From Orbicella franksi (Eukaryota): a stretch of 64,000 bases of DNA. The DNA is taken from the NCBI GenBank assembly GCA_964199315.1, contig OZ116707.1:16244001-16308000 (forward strand). The letters are read 5' to 3'. The notes under the pieces are model-generated. The model ran no database searches and was not told the origin of the DNA. It saw only the letters and a list, made by a program, of their open reading frames with translations. The position numbers and the translations under genes were made by a program. Numbering within the stretch: position 1 is the stretch's first letter; every line of letters starts with the position of its first letter. Of this stretch, positions 1 through 9,995 are shown in pieces.

Positions 1-180
1 TCGAAGCAGTTCATCATACGTCAAGAAACCAGTTTCGTTATTACGCCTTCCATAACTTCCTATAGAATGTGAACATTGTACACCTATTTCTTTACGCTCA
101 ACGGCCGCGCACCCAACTTGTATTCCTATTTTTCTTTTATGAGTCACAGAGTACATTTTCTTCCAATTTTCTCTTTACGC

Positions 181-460
181 TTCTGATAAACGTGCAACGC
201 ATTACAAAATGTCCTTATCCTGTTTTCCGAATGCAAATTGACAACAAATGACCATTAATATTTCCATTCGCTTTCTGTTTCTTACACCGACAATAACTTC
301 ACACGCTTTGTTATAAGACATCTGATAAACGTATAGCGCATTAAAAGATGTCCTTATCCTATTTTTCATATGCAAAATTTACAACAAATGATCAATAATA
401 TTCCTTCCGCTTTCTGTTTATTACACCTACAATATCTTCGCACGCTTTGTCATAAGAGAA
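181..460. repeat. Diverged tandem duplication, ~140-bp unit x2
   Basis: tctgataaacgt...aaatgtccttatcct...acgctttgt(t/c)ataaga at ~182-320, repeated at ~321-460 with scattered substitutions. Confidence 0.8.
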
Positions 461-1038
461 GACATTTGTTACAGCTTCTATTATTCTTCATCAACAAACA
501 ATACCACCAATCCCACTGGGCACAGGCAAAACCCAAACAATAACTTTGCGCTGTAACAATAATTGAAATCAGCCCAGTCAAACAACCAAAGACAATATTT
601 TATGGTTTAGATAGCTTTCCTTTTGTTATATTCATTTACCCCCACACGAACTCACGGTAATATTATTAAACGTACGTTCTTATACAATTCAACTTTCTCT
701 TTAACTTTATCGCACCTCGGTAATTCAATAGCACGGAAACCTCCTACAAATAAAACATATAAATATGACCTTGTTTCCATACCTTTTTACTCTAATTCCT
801 CTTTATGTTTTCAAATTCATTATCTGTAATTATTAACAATTTTTCATTTTTGGTGTCAAAAAAAAAAAAATGACATGTTTCGCACATTTATGACACAATA
901 AGCCCCTATAGCGTTTCAACAATAGAAACAACAAAGCAAATGATACGCTAACATGCCGACAAATAAATCCTACACAACGTTCTCTCGCCCATAGTCAAGC
1001 TGCACTGGCAATACTAACAACTACTTGATCTTGTAAAG

Positions 1039-3357
1039 ATGTCTTCTTCTCGTCTTGCGAAGTTGCGAAAACAACCAGACAGCACCTGGGCACTACTTCA
1101 AAAACGTTTAATCGCGCTCCCGGATCCGTTCGAAAAACTTTTTCTGCCTAATGTTTGGAACTTCATCGTCAACAAGTCTCATTCCTTGAGCACTAATCCA
1201 GGATACGTATCCACAAGTCTTATCACCACGACAACTTTCATTGCTGGATCAGCAAGTACACTTGTCACTGGCACACAAGAGATGCCTCTAAACATCTATT
1301 CAATCTTCGTTGGTCCACCGACGACAGGGAAATCACAAGCCATTAAAGAATGTGCTGTTTCTCCGATGGTTGCAGTGGTCAGGGAAACAGATTCCTCATC
1401 TCCAGTAATTCAAAAGTGCACATCCTCAGGACTTATAAAGACAATCGCTGACAACAAAAAGGGATTCCTCTTGTCCGGTGAGATTTACGATGTCTTATTT
1501 AAATTACTGAAGTCCGACGAAGAGAACGCCACTGGAGACGTGCAAGTTCTGTGTCAGCTATTTTCTGGAGAGGAAGCTTCATACAGGTACGCCACAGAAA
1601 GAACGCGCGAGATTGCATCAAACACGCCTTTTTCCATACTTGGTGCTACACAAGTTCCGTTTGCCGCCCGCCTTGTCACGCTATTAGACCAGGGACACGG
1701 TCTTATTGACCGATTTTTAATAACATTTCCAAAATGCCTCAGGCCATCCCCACAAGAAACGAACCAAGCAGTGGAAGCATTAAAGGAAAGTGCCCTTTCA
1801 AATTGTGAAGATATATTCATAGAAATCGCTAGATTGCATACATCGCGCTCAAGCTACACACTGACGCAAGAGGCAAATGACACTGTCAACGGTCTCAATG
1901 AAGAGTTCATTGCAGAAGTCAATGAAGCCATTACAGAAGGCAGGACCCCGCCAAAGACAAAAAAGATCGACGTAATTCTGTGCGTAGCTGCCGCACTCCA
2001 TATCTTCAACCATGTCGCTTCGCAACTTCTCGAGCATACACAACCCACACCGTCAGCAGACAAGATTGAAAGATCAACACTCCTCAGTGCCATTGATTAC
2101 GTTACTTGGGCCGAATCACAGAAAGAAATATTTGTTGAGGTAAGCATTGTACATAGTATTTCACTTCCCCTCATCCTATCTCTCTGAGATACAAAACATG
2201 TAAACAAAACACAGTTCTTCCTTTATAATACAACGTGATAACATCCAAAAACGCGCAGCCGAATAGCCATAGTCACGTAAGTAGCGAAGTGTCAATTTCT
2301 CGTTCTAAAAACGTGAAAAAAGAAAGTAATACACAAACTGTGTAGTCGCGTAGCAAGGCTTAAAGATTTGTTTATAGTTCGAGTGGCCGGGTATTCTGCA
2401 ATTTCTCCCCCACGTACATACCCTGCCATACACACGAATTACCACGAGACCGCTTACGCCGTACCCAGTCGGTAACTAATTTGAAATGCACGTAATTTTA
2501 AATAATGTCACAATGGCGTACCTATGCATTGTGCTTGCTACACCGTACGCAGTGTTGTCTTTTAACGACTACTTTACCAAGGGAAAATAATAACCCGTAA
2601 CATGGAGAGTACATTCTACGTTCTTTTAAGAGTCAGAGCCCAACAGAGCTAAACAGAATGTATGTTTTCCGTTTTAAAAATGATAGTTTACGTAAAATAA
2701 GCTAAAATAGCACATTTCACAAAGAATTTCCAACCGATTTTGTGCTTCGAAAAAAATTACCCTAAGATCACACAGCGAAGAACCTAAGAGCGCGCCTAGC
2801 AATAAAAAATGTGAATACAAATCATTCGTTCTTTAAAACAACGACCACGCTTTCCAATTCATACGAGTATAATAGCGCACATCTGTATTTTTTTGACCAC
2901 AAAAACAAACATGTCCCCCTTTTTTATGTGATATTTTTAGTTCCTGGGCGAGTTGATAACACCAACACTGGACGACGAAAAACCGCAGCCGACAGCATTA
3001 GCAGTGAAGACCGCCTGCATCCTATTCTCCGGACCTGTCTTCACCTTCAGGGCATTCAAGCAGAGCGCCACTCGAAAGTTGCGTGGGATTGCGGAAGCAG
3101 AATTTCGAGATGCCATAGTCAGTTTGGAAAACTCTGGAATGGGAAAAATCTTTTCCTTCAGGATCCCGCGAACCACAAACCCTGTCACAGTTTTTGTGAA
3201 GAATAACCCAGATTCAATAACATGGCCGAGTGATCTGTGCTCACAAACAGAGTTTCGGCAAAGATACCAGTTACCAACGCATCGCAGTGTCACTCCTGCC
3301 ATCAAGAGAGGGTTAGAATCAAGAGGCCATGTACCCTCAGGCTTTTTCAGTGATTAA
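1039..3357 (+). CDS. Two-exon P-loop NTPase, DUF3987/YfjI-like (helicase-type) with possible C-terminal winged helix; exons 1039-2139 and 2941-3357, ~505 aa
   Basis: Walker A IFVGPPTTGKS; Walker-B-like GFLLSGEIYD; ILGATQ and GLIDRF motifs as in DUF3987-type ATPases. Donor GAG|gtaagc at 2139/2140 and acceptor ttttag|TTC at 2940/2941 join in phase 0 (EIFVE-FLGELITPTLDD); no stop or frameshift in either exon. The exon structure is seen; the family name is motif-based inference. Confidence 0.7.
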
Positions 3358-3635
3358 CGACGATCATACGAACTATGTACAACACATTCCCATATCTTTT
3401 TGAACTAATTTTGTCGTAAATGATATTCTGGTTCCATCGGTTAAGAACATTTTCCAATCAATATAAACTATGTAAAATATTTTCACATATAGTTTTCGAA
3501 AAAGTTTTCATTAGTTAATGTGATTATTACATTTCAGATTGGCGTGCTACAGTCAAAATGGTTTTAAATATTAAACATTTTAAACATTTTACACTTCATG
3601 GATCAAAGTATCTTCGTCCATTAATACTTCGAATC

Positions 3636-3930
3636 TTGGATTATTTCTAAGGGAGGGCTGGTGTTCGCCACCACGTATCCACGTATCCGCGTATCCACTT
3701 CAATATACACTTGGATTATTTCTAGGGGAGGGGTGCTCTTCCCAACCACGTATCCACGTATCCGCGTATCCACTTCAATATACACTTGGATCATTTCTAG
3801 GGGAGGGGTGGTCTTCGCCACCACGTATACACGTATCCGCGTATCCACTTCCATATACACTTGGATTATATTTAGGAGAGGGGTGGTGTTCGCCACTACG
3901 TATCCATGTATCCGCAGTCTTCAAGGAAGC
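3636..3930. repeat. Minisatellite, 75-bp unit x ~3.7
   Basis: ttggat(t/c)at starts recur at 3636, 3711, 3786 and 3861; each unit has a G-rich tract and cgtatccacgtatccgcgtatccac. Confidence 0.95.
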
Positions 3931-4016
3931 AGCTTTGAAATGGCAGGGTATTCTGCAGTTACTCCCCTTTTTGTTTTGCTTTAAACTGGAAAGCTTCAGA
4001 GGAAAGGCTCAAAAAG

Positions 4017-4480
4017 TTGGAGGGTAACAACCAGTCAAATTCTGTATCCCTGGCTCTCCAAACTCTTCACAGGAAAATAGAAACGACGCATTCTGATCCT
4101 GAGGATGCTATCCTTGACCTGAAGGCTCTCGTTAAGGTTGTGAAGATTAATAATCATGACAAGGCAAGAGAGTACGAGTGTGTCCTTGATGAAGTCATGA
4201 TCCTGTCAAGAGTAAAGTCCTTGAGAAAACCAACAAGCTCTTGAAGCAAATGCAGCCTGATCAGAGGCCCTCCTCATCTCAGGGCTGGAGGCGTTTTAAT
4301 GCTAATCAGTTTGGTAATCCAGGCAACTCTCGTCGTGGTGGGAGTTTCTCGGTTTCCCGATGTAGTGCACCTTATCCTAATGCCCGTGTTCCTTCTACTT
4401 TGTGTCATTTTTGTGGCTCCAGTGAGCATCTTTAGAGAAGTTGTTCTGCTTTCCAGGATGCAAAATCTGCTACTATGCAG
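4017..4480 (+). pseudogene. Degraded gag/ORF1-like fragment with CCHC zinc knuckle
   Basis: CHFCGSSEHL*RSC fits CX2CX4HX4C, after an R/G/S-rich stretch; broken by a frameshift near 4241 and a stop; no RT follows. Confidence 0.5.
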
Positions 4481-5632
4481 AATAAGCGTTCCCTATAGTG
4501 TTGTTAAACCATGCCTTTTTGGGCCATACTAAAGTTTTGTGTTGTCTATTTTTTTTCTCCTTTCTTATTGTGGTCAATTGGAATTGCGGTCGCTTCGCCC
4601 GATGGCCCATTCGCCCGAAGACGTTTCGGCCGATCTCAGAGTCGATTCGCCCGAAAAAAAAGTTGATTCGCCCGGACCAAGAGTCGATTCGCCCGGACTA
4701 ATAAAATCCTGGATAATCCTTATGTTTTGTTGGCTTAACTTATCAAACATAAAGCATTTAACATTTCCTAATCTTTGGCGATGCCAGTTAACTGTTGAGT
4801 TCAATTTGTCACGCGTTTATTGTAAACGAACGCTGCCCATGGATACATCTATTTATCATGCCGCCAATAGACACTTCGTTTCTTGCAAACAAACTCTTTC
4901 CATAGATACATCCGTTATTTGTTTTCCCTTTTTGGCGTCTGTAGTATACATAAGCTGAATCGTCTTAGTTGGGATACGAAAGAGCATTGTTGCATTTAGC
5001 GCGTGCAGCACATTCTCATGTAAACACTGGATCGGCATGAGAAGTTGATATGATTTCACCTCAGTGCAAAGTCTTTAGTGTATTGCTTCTGTTTGTTTGT
5101 TTTGGTTCTCGGGGGATGTCCTTTTTTCGGTTTTGTTCTCATTTTATCTTCTTGTTCTTCTATCTAAGGTGAGCCTATGGAAGAATTTGTAATGGACGTG
5201 GACCCACATATTGCCGACCAAACGTCAGAAGACGCCTCCGAAAATGGAACGACTTCAGGTTAATTTTTTTTATGGTTTTGTCTGATTACACTTTTATCGC
5301 TACTTATTTAGAGCAGTTTAAGTTACCGACTTTTTCAAATGAAATTTTGCTGTTTAAATGCGTTCTTTCTCTTGTGTATAATAACGGTTCGCCATTTTTA
5401 AATAATTCTACTGTTGAGTTTACTTTAAGTTTAGTTCAAGAGACTTGATCATTAGGTTTTCGTAAAAACTATTACTTTTAGTCAGAGAGTTCACAGTTTG
5501 CCTTTGTTTCAGTTACAGTACAATTAAACAACGTTTTGTTGCCTTCGTCTTTTCCCGCTACACAATTCTCACGTCCCGCTGCCTGATCCAGTCGAAGAGT
5601 CGTCTCTTCAAGACCCCAGTGTTCTGTCTCCA

Positions 5633-6155
5633 ATGGTTGAGGGTCCTGTTCACGTAACTTACGAAATTGTAGCAGATGGAACCAAGAGACGGCGAGAAAA
5701 ATTAGTTGATAGCCTCGGGTACGCCTACAATGTTAAAGAAAGGGGAAAGGTGACTACTTACTGGCAATGTACCGTTGGCAATGTTACGACAATAGACTAT
5801 GAAATCTCGAAACTAAGCTCAAGAATACCCGAATATTGTGTGAGACTATTAACTGTAAGAATTTATTTTATTTTTAGGTTCAAGAGCTGGGACTAGCAAC
5901 AATCGACACGCCGGGGGCAAGGTACACATCCCGTTTTACATCCTAGTATAGCACTTGCACAAAGAAGCGAAGTTGTGCGCCTTGCAGATTAGGTTTGTGT
6001 CTGATGGAAAATTGATGCGAATTCAAAGGCAAACCTACCGCCGCCTTCAAGGCAAGATATTTGAACTCTGGGACCAATATACGTCCAAAGATAAAACAGC
6101 AGAGCAGTTGCTTAGAGCCTGCAGTCAACTTTATGGACCAGTTCGGTCAACTTAG
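5633..6155 (+). pseudogene. MULE transposase remnants: FLYWCH-like N-terminal piece and C-terminal piece
   Basis: ORFs 5633-5896 and 5955-6155 carry the two ends of the protein; the DDE domain is missing. Confidence 0.6.
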
Positions 6156-6159
6156 GTTA

Positions 6160-6415
6160 GAATCTTTCTTAAAAAGATGTTGGTGTATAAGGTCCTACAA
6201 ATCGAGCTTGAAATTGTTAGTTGTTCGCTTCACTTGAATACGTAGATTTCTTTTTGATGTAGGTTAGTGTATAGGTTAGGATAATATCTTAATAAGATGT
6301 TGGTGTATAAGCTCGGATAGGGTTCCAAATGGAAATATCTGTTCCTACAAATCGTGCTTGCAGTTGTTAGTTGTTCGCTTCACTTGAATACGTAGATTTC
6401 TTTTTGCTGTAGGTT
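6160..6415. repeat. Local direct duplication (~100 bp) inside the MULE
   Basis: aagatgttggtgtataag...cctacaaatcg...gttagttgttcgcttcacttgaatacgtagatttcttttt occurs twice (~6174-6262 and ~6293-6412). Confidence 0.85.
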
Positions 6416-7053
6416 TGACGTAAATATTTATTTGCTGTATATATTTCATTGTCAATAGGGTTCATATAGGTTCATATAGGTTAGGATACTATCATGTAAA
6501 TAGGATTTTAAAATCATATCCAATAAAATATGGTGTTACTTAAATCATAGCGTGGTTTCTTGCATTTTTAGTAGACATTTGCATATCGCAATCGATAACG
6601 CAATACGGTAGAATGTGATCGTGAAAAGTTCTGGTAAACATATCCAAAATAAGACGGTTAAATATACTACAAACAACAAAAGGGAATACGAACAACGTAT
6701 CTATGGACAGAGTTTGTTTGCAAGAAACGCGTGATAAGTCGAAGTGTCTGGCGTGAAAAATAGATGTATCCATGGGCAGCGTTTGTTTACAATAAACGCT
6801 AAATTGAACTTAACAATTTACTGGCAGCGCCAAAGATTAGGAAACATTAAATGCTATATGTTTGATTAAGTTAAGCCAACAAAACATACTTGATTAACCT
6901 GGATTTTATTAGTCTGGGCGAATCGACTCTTAGTCCGGGTGAATCGACTCTTGGTCCGGGCGAATCGACTTTTTCTTCGGGCGAATCGACTCAGAAATCG
7001 GGCGAAACGTCTTGGGGCGAATGGGTCATCGGGCGAAACGACCTGATACCAAG

Positions 7054-7775
7054 TACGGTGGCCCAGATCTGCAAACACAACAAACAGTTCTTGAAACACA
7101 ACACAATATTTTTGAAACACAAGTCAATATTTGTGAAACACAACACAAAATTACTGAAACACAAGTCAATATTTGTGAAACACAACAAAAAATTATCAAA
7201 ACAACACAAAATTATTGAAACACAACACAAGATTATCGAAATGCAACACAAAATTGAGAGAGAATTGATGGGCTGCTATACAACACATAAACCCATTCTT
7301 ACTCAACCGCTGATACGTTATGCGCCTTACAAACTCCCGCTATTTTTCGTCACCATTTTTGCTTTTGCAAAATGTTTTGCGCTAACTGTGGAGCTGTTTT
7401 AAAACACTGCTCTAAATTTTGTCATGCTTGTGGACAAAAGGTAGAAAACGACATTGTTGGTGGGAATGAAATGGATAAAGGCGCAACAAAATGCTCGAGA
7501 TTCAAAAGCTATGCTGCAAGAGGTCTACCCATTTTCGATCTAGTGGCTCGCAGAAGGCGCAGAAGAGGAAAGAAGAAGATCCCTTCACATTAATCACTGG
7601 ATGTTACAAGGATGTTGAAGAGACGGCAGTTGGAATAACTTTTAGTGATATATTTTTTTTTGTCATGGCATATGCATGTGAGTTGATGCTACCAGTGGTC
7701 CATCAACCATATGATGAGTTCAAAAAAGATGTGACATTTGCATTTCTAAACACAAGGGGCTATGGATATGTATGA
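7054..7775 (+). mobile_element. 5' end of a probable IS3EU-like DNA transposon, with a 21-bp subterminal array and a zinc-ribbon ORF fragment
   Basis: Starts TACGGTGGCCC; ~9 copies of a 21-bp gaaacacaac unit; ORF 7372 begins MFCANCGAVLKHCSKFCHACGQKV. Superfamily inferred from the TAY terminus only; the other end was not found. Confidence 0.35.
7083..7260. repeat. 21-bp tandem array with 42-bp higher-order alternation
   Basis: gaaacacaaca and gaaacacaagt units alternate, each followed by caa(t/a)att. Confidence 0.9.
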
Positions 7776-8126
7776 AGTGCCTCAAGTTCCTTAGTCTCTT
7801 TTGCAGCTGTAGCTGCCAAGACTTCATGTGTATTTAGTTACAATGTAAGGTTTAAAATCGAGTAAACTATTCCTGATGTCATAGTAGTAGTGATAGTAGT
7901 TTTGAAACCATTTTCTCCTCTTTTTTGAAAACTGAGGTCCTGATACATGTAGTTACATGTAAGGTTCATGTTCAAGTGAAATATAGATTTTGGTGTATTG
8001 TTTCTCATTTCTTCATGTTGATAAGCAGAACTTACTGTTACTTACTTACGGCTAGCAAAGGCAAATTAAACCATCATTTGAAATTAAGAACATGTTAAAT
8101 TTTTGTTTGGAACCAATTTGGCAAAT

Positions 8127-8296
8127 CGTGTCTCAAAATCTGAGACCGAAGACCCCTTCTGAATCTCAAAATCTAAAACCCAAGACTCTCCTTCAAATCC
8201 CAAGAACTAAGAGCTTTTTGAGATTTAAGGTCTTAGGTCTTAGTTTTTGAGATTCGTATGGGGTCTTAGGTCTTAGACCTTAGTTTTTTAGATACC
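8127..8296. mobile_element. 170-bp MITE, Mutator-like, with ~10-bp TSD
   Basis: Inverted ends (gtgtctcaaaatctgagacc / ggtcttagttttttagatacc); flanks tttggcaaat (8117-8126) and tctggcaaat (8297-8306). Confidence 0.7.
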
Positions 8297-8624
8297 TCTG
8301 GCAAATCTCATTCCAACTTAGAAACTAAAGATTGCATTCCATTTATTCCATGAAAGAAATAGAATTAATTGCACCCAGCCACTTTCCCATTGTAATATTG
8401 AGTTGTTTCAAAATTTCTTCTGAATTACTGTTATAGCTATTGTGCCACTTGCATCAGAAGTTGGAACAGTGCTAATGTTTCCCCCCAGTGTGTTGGATGG
8501 TGCAAATTCAGATTCTCCAACACATAATTAAAATACTCCGGAAAAATATTCTCGTCTTCCACTGACCTACAGTACACAGCCATATCATCAAGTTGTTGTC
8601 CTGTAACAGCCCTTGCAGGAATTC

Positions 8625-8850
8625 AGTATATTTGAAGCATACTTCAAATGGCCGTCAAAGACACAAAAAAGTATACTTCATTTGTACTTAAAGTATACTT
8701 TAAGTATACTTACAGAAGTATACTTAAAGTACAGTACTTTTGGTCACATAAAAAGTATACTTGAAGTATACTTCAAAAGCAGTACACTTCAAATATGCTT
8801 CACATTAAGTAAACTTCAAGTATACTTTAAATATACTTCTTGCATATGAA
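8625..8850. repeat. Left subterminal array of palindromic AAGTATACTT motifs (EnSpm)
   Basis: Many exact and near copies of aagtatactt. Confidence 0.9.
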
Positions 8851-9799
8851 TGAATACAGTCTTACTCAGATGCCTACAGTAGTAAAAATCTGTATTTATT
8901 AGGTGAATGCCAAGTAAAGTGTATAAAATGTAGAAAATTACAAAAATTTGTAAACAAAGAAGTTAAAATATAAAAAAGTTACAAGCTGTCTTCACAGCTG
9001 TTTTTCTCTTGGACTTGGCTTCCAGGCACATAATTTTATTTCTTAAACTGATCTTGATGATGCTGTCAGAACTCTCTGGAAATTTTTTCCTTGTGTAGCC
9101 TAGAAATCAAAGAGACATGTTTAAGTTTTTAAAATCATTTCCACCTCTATACATGTAGGCTTATAAGTGGGTGAGCATATAACTGGGACTTTTTTTTGTA
9201 AAAAGTACATAACTAATTATTAACATGTAGAGGGACTTAACAACAACTGAGCTACTAGACGCTGTTAAAAGTTCTTGTTATATGGCTGAACTGGTCCGTG
9301 ATGAAAAGGATAATTCTGATTGGTTCCCTCAGCGATGCAAATTTTGGAAAACAAACCGCAGATGGACCGCTCACGAATTAATTTCTGCAAATTGCTTTAT
9401 CAGTTCATTGCACAAAATAAACAGTTTTTTGGTAAGTACAAATCTTTTTACCTTCATGTTTGGAGGACAATTTCGGTTAAATGTTCACAAAAGCAGCATG
9501 AGAAACCTAAATAAGCTTACCCTTCACAAGCACATTTACCAAAAATGGATGGCGTAGATGTATTAATTTGGCAGGAGATTGAAAGAGTCATTGTAATAAA
9601 TTCTTTATTGAACTAGCTTGTTTGCATGGTCCATATACCGGTATTGGAGAATATTGGTCTTGTTCTTTTTTTTGCAAGTCTATGAACCCAGCCACAGGCG
9701 AGGTCCATAAACCTGCAAGAAAAAGAGAACTGGACCAATATTCCTTTAGTATGGACCTCATATTAGTTCAGTAACATATATATGTTCCTGCAGAGTAAT

Positions 9800-9995
9800 A
9801 AATAAACAATAGCCTCCATATGGCGTGGAAATATGCTCGGATTTTTGTCCGCTGACATTGTCTGTTCCGAGAAGTGAACAGTTTTCCGAGCGTAGCTCGA
9901 GGAAAACTGTGAGCTTTGAGGAACAGATAATGTCCAAGGACAAATCAATATCCGACCATATTTTCACACCAAACGGAGGCTGTTGTGTGCATTAT
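9800..9995. repeat. Imperfect palindromic (foldback/MITE-like) element in a BEN-gene intron
   Basis: aatagcctcc...ggacattgtctgttcc...aacagttttccgag / ctcgaggaaaactgt...ggaacagataatgtcc...ggaggctgtt arms are reverse complements. Confidence 0.55.

Larger units (their letters stand above)
4580..7050 (+). mobile_element. Mutator-like (MULE) internally deleted element with ~400-bp imperfect TIRs
   Basis: 4580-~4975 is the reverse complement of ~6640-7050 (GG...CC ends, internal 21-bp gagtcgattcgccc repeats). Inside: FLYWCH-like fragment (KLVDSLGYAYNVKERGKVTTYWQCTV) and a MULE-type C-terminus (IFELWDQY..KTAEQLLRACSQLYGP); no catalytic core. No TSD found. Confidence 0.7.

Noticed and set aside
3636-3930. 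CRISPR-like array or repeat-protein ORFs (3621-3896, 3661-3984)
   Set aside because: Units are contiguous with no unique spacers, there are no cas genes and the context is eukaryotic; the 25-aa periodic ORFs are by-products of the 75-bp repeat
4571-7060. TSD for the MULE derivative
   Set aside because: Flanks tggtcaatt and aagtacggt do not match; the boundary rests on the TIRs only
6866-7402. ORFs with 7-aa periodicity (ETQHKII / GESTL)
   Set aside because: They translate the 21-bp arrays and the MULE TIR; several frames are open by chance
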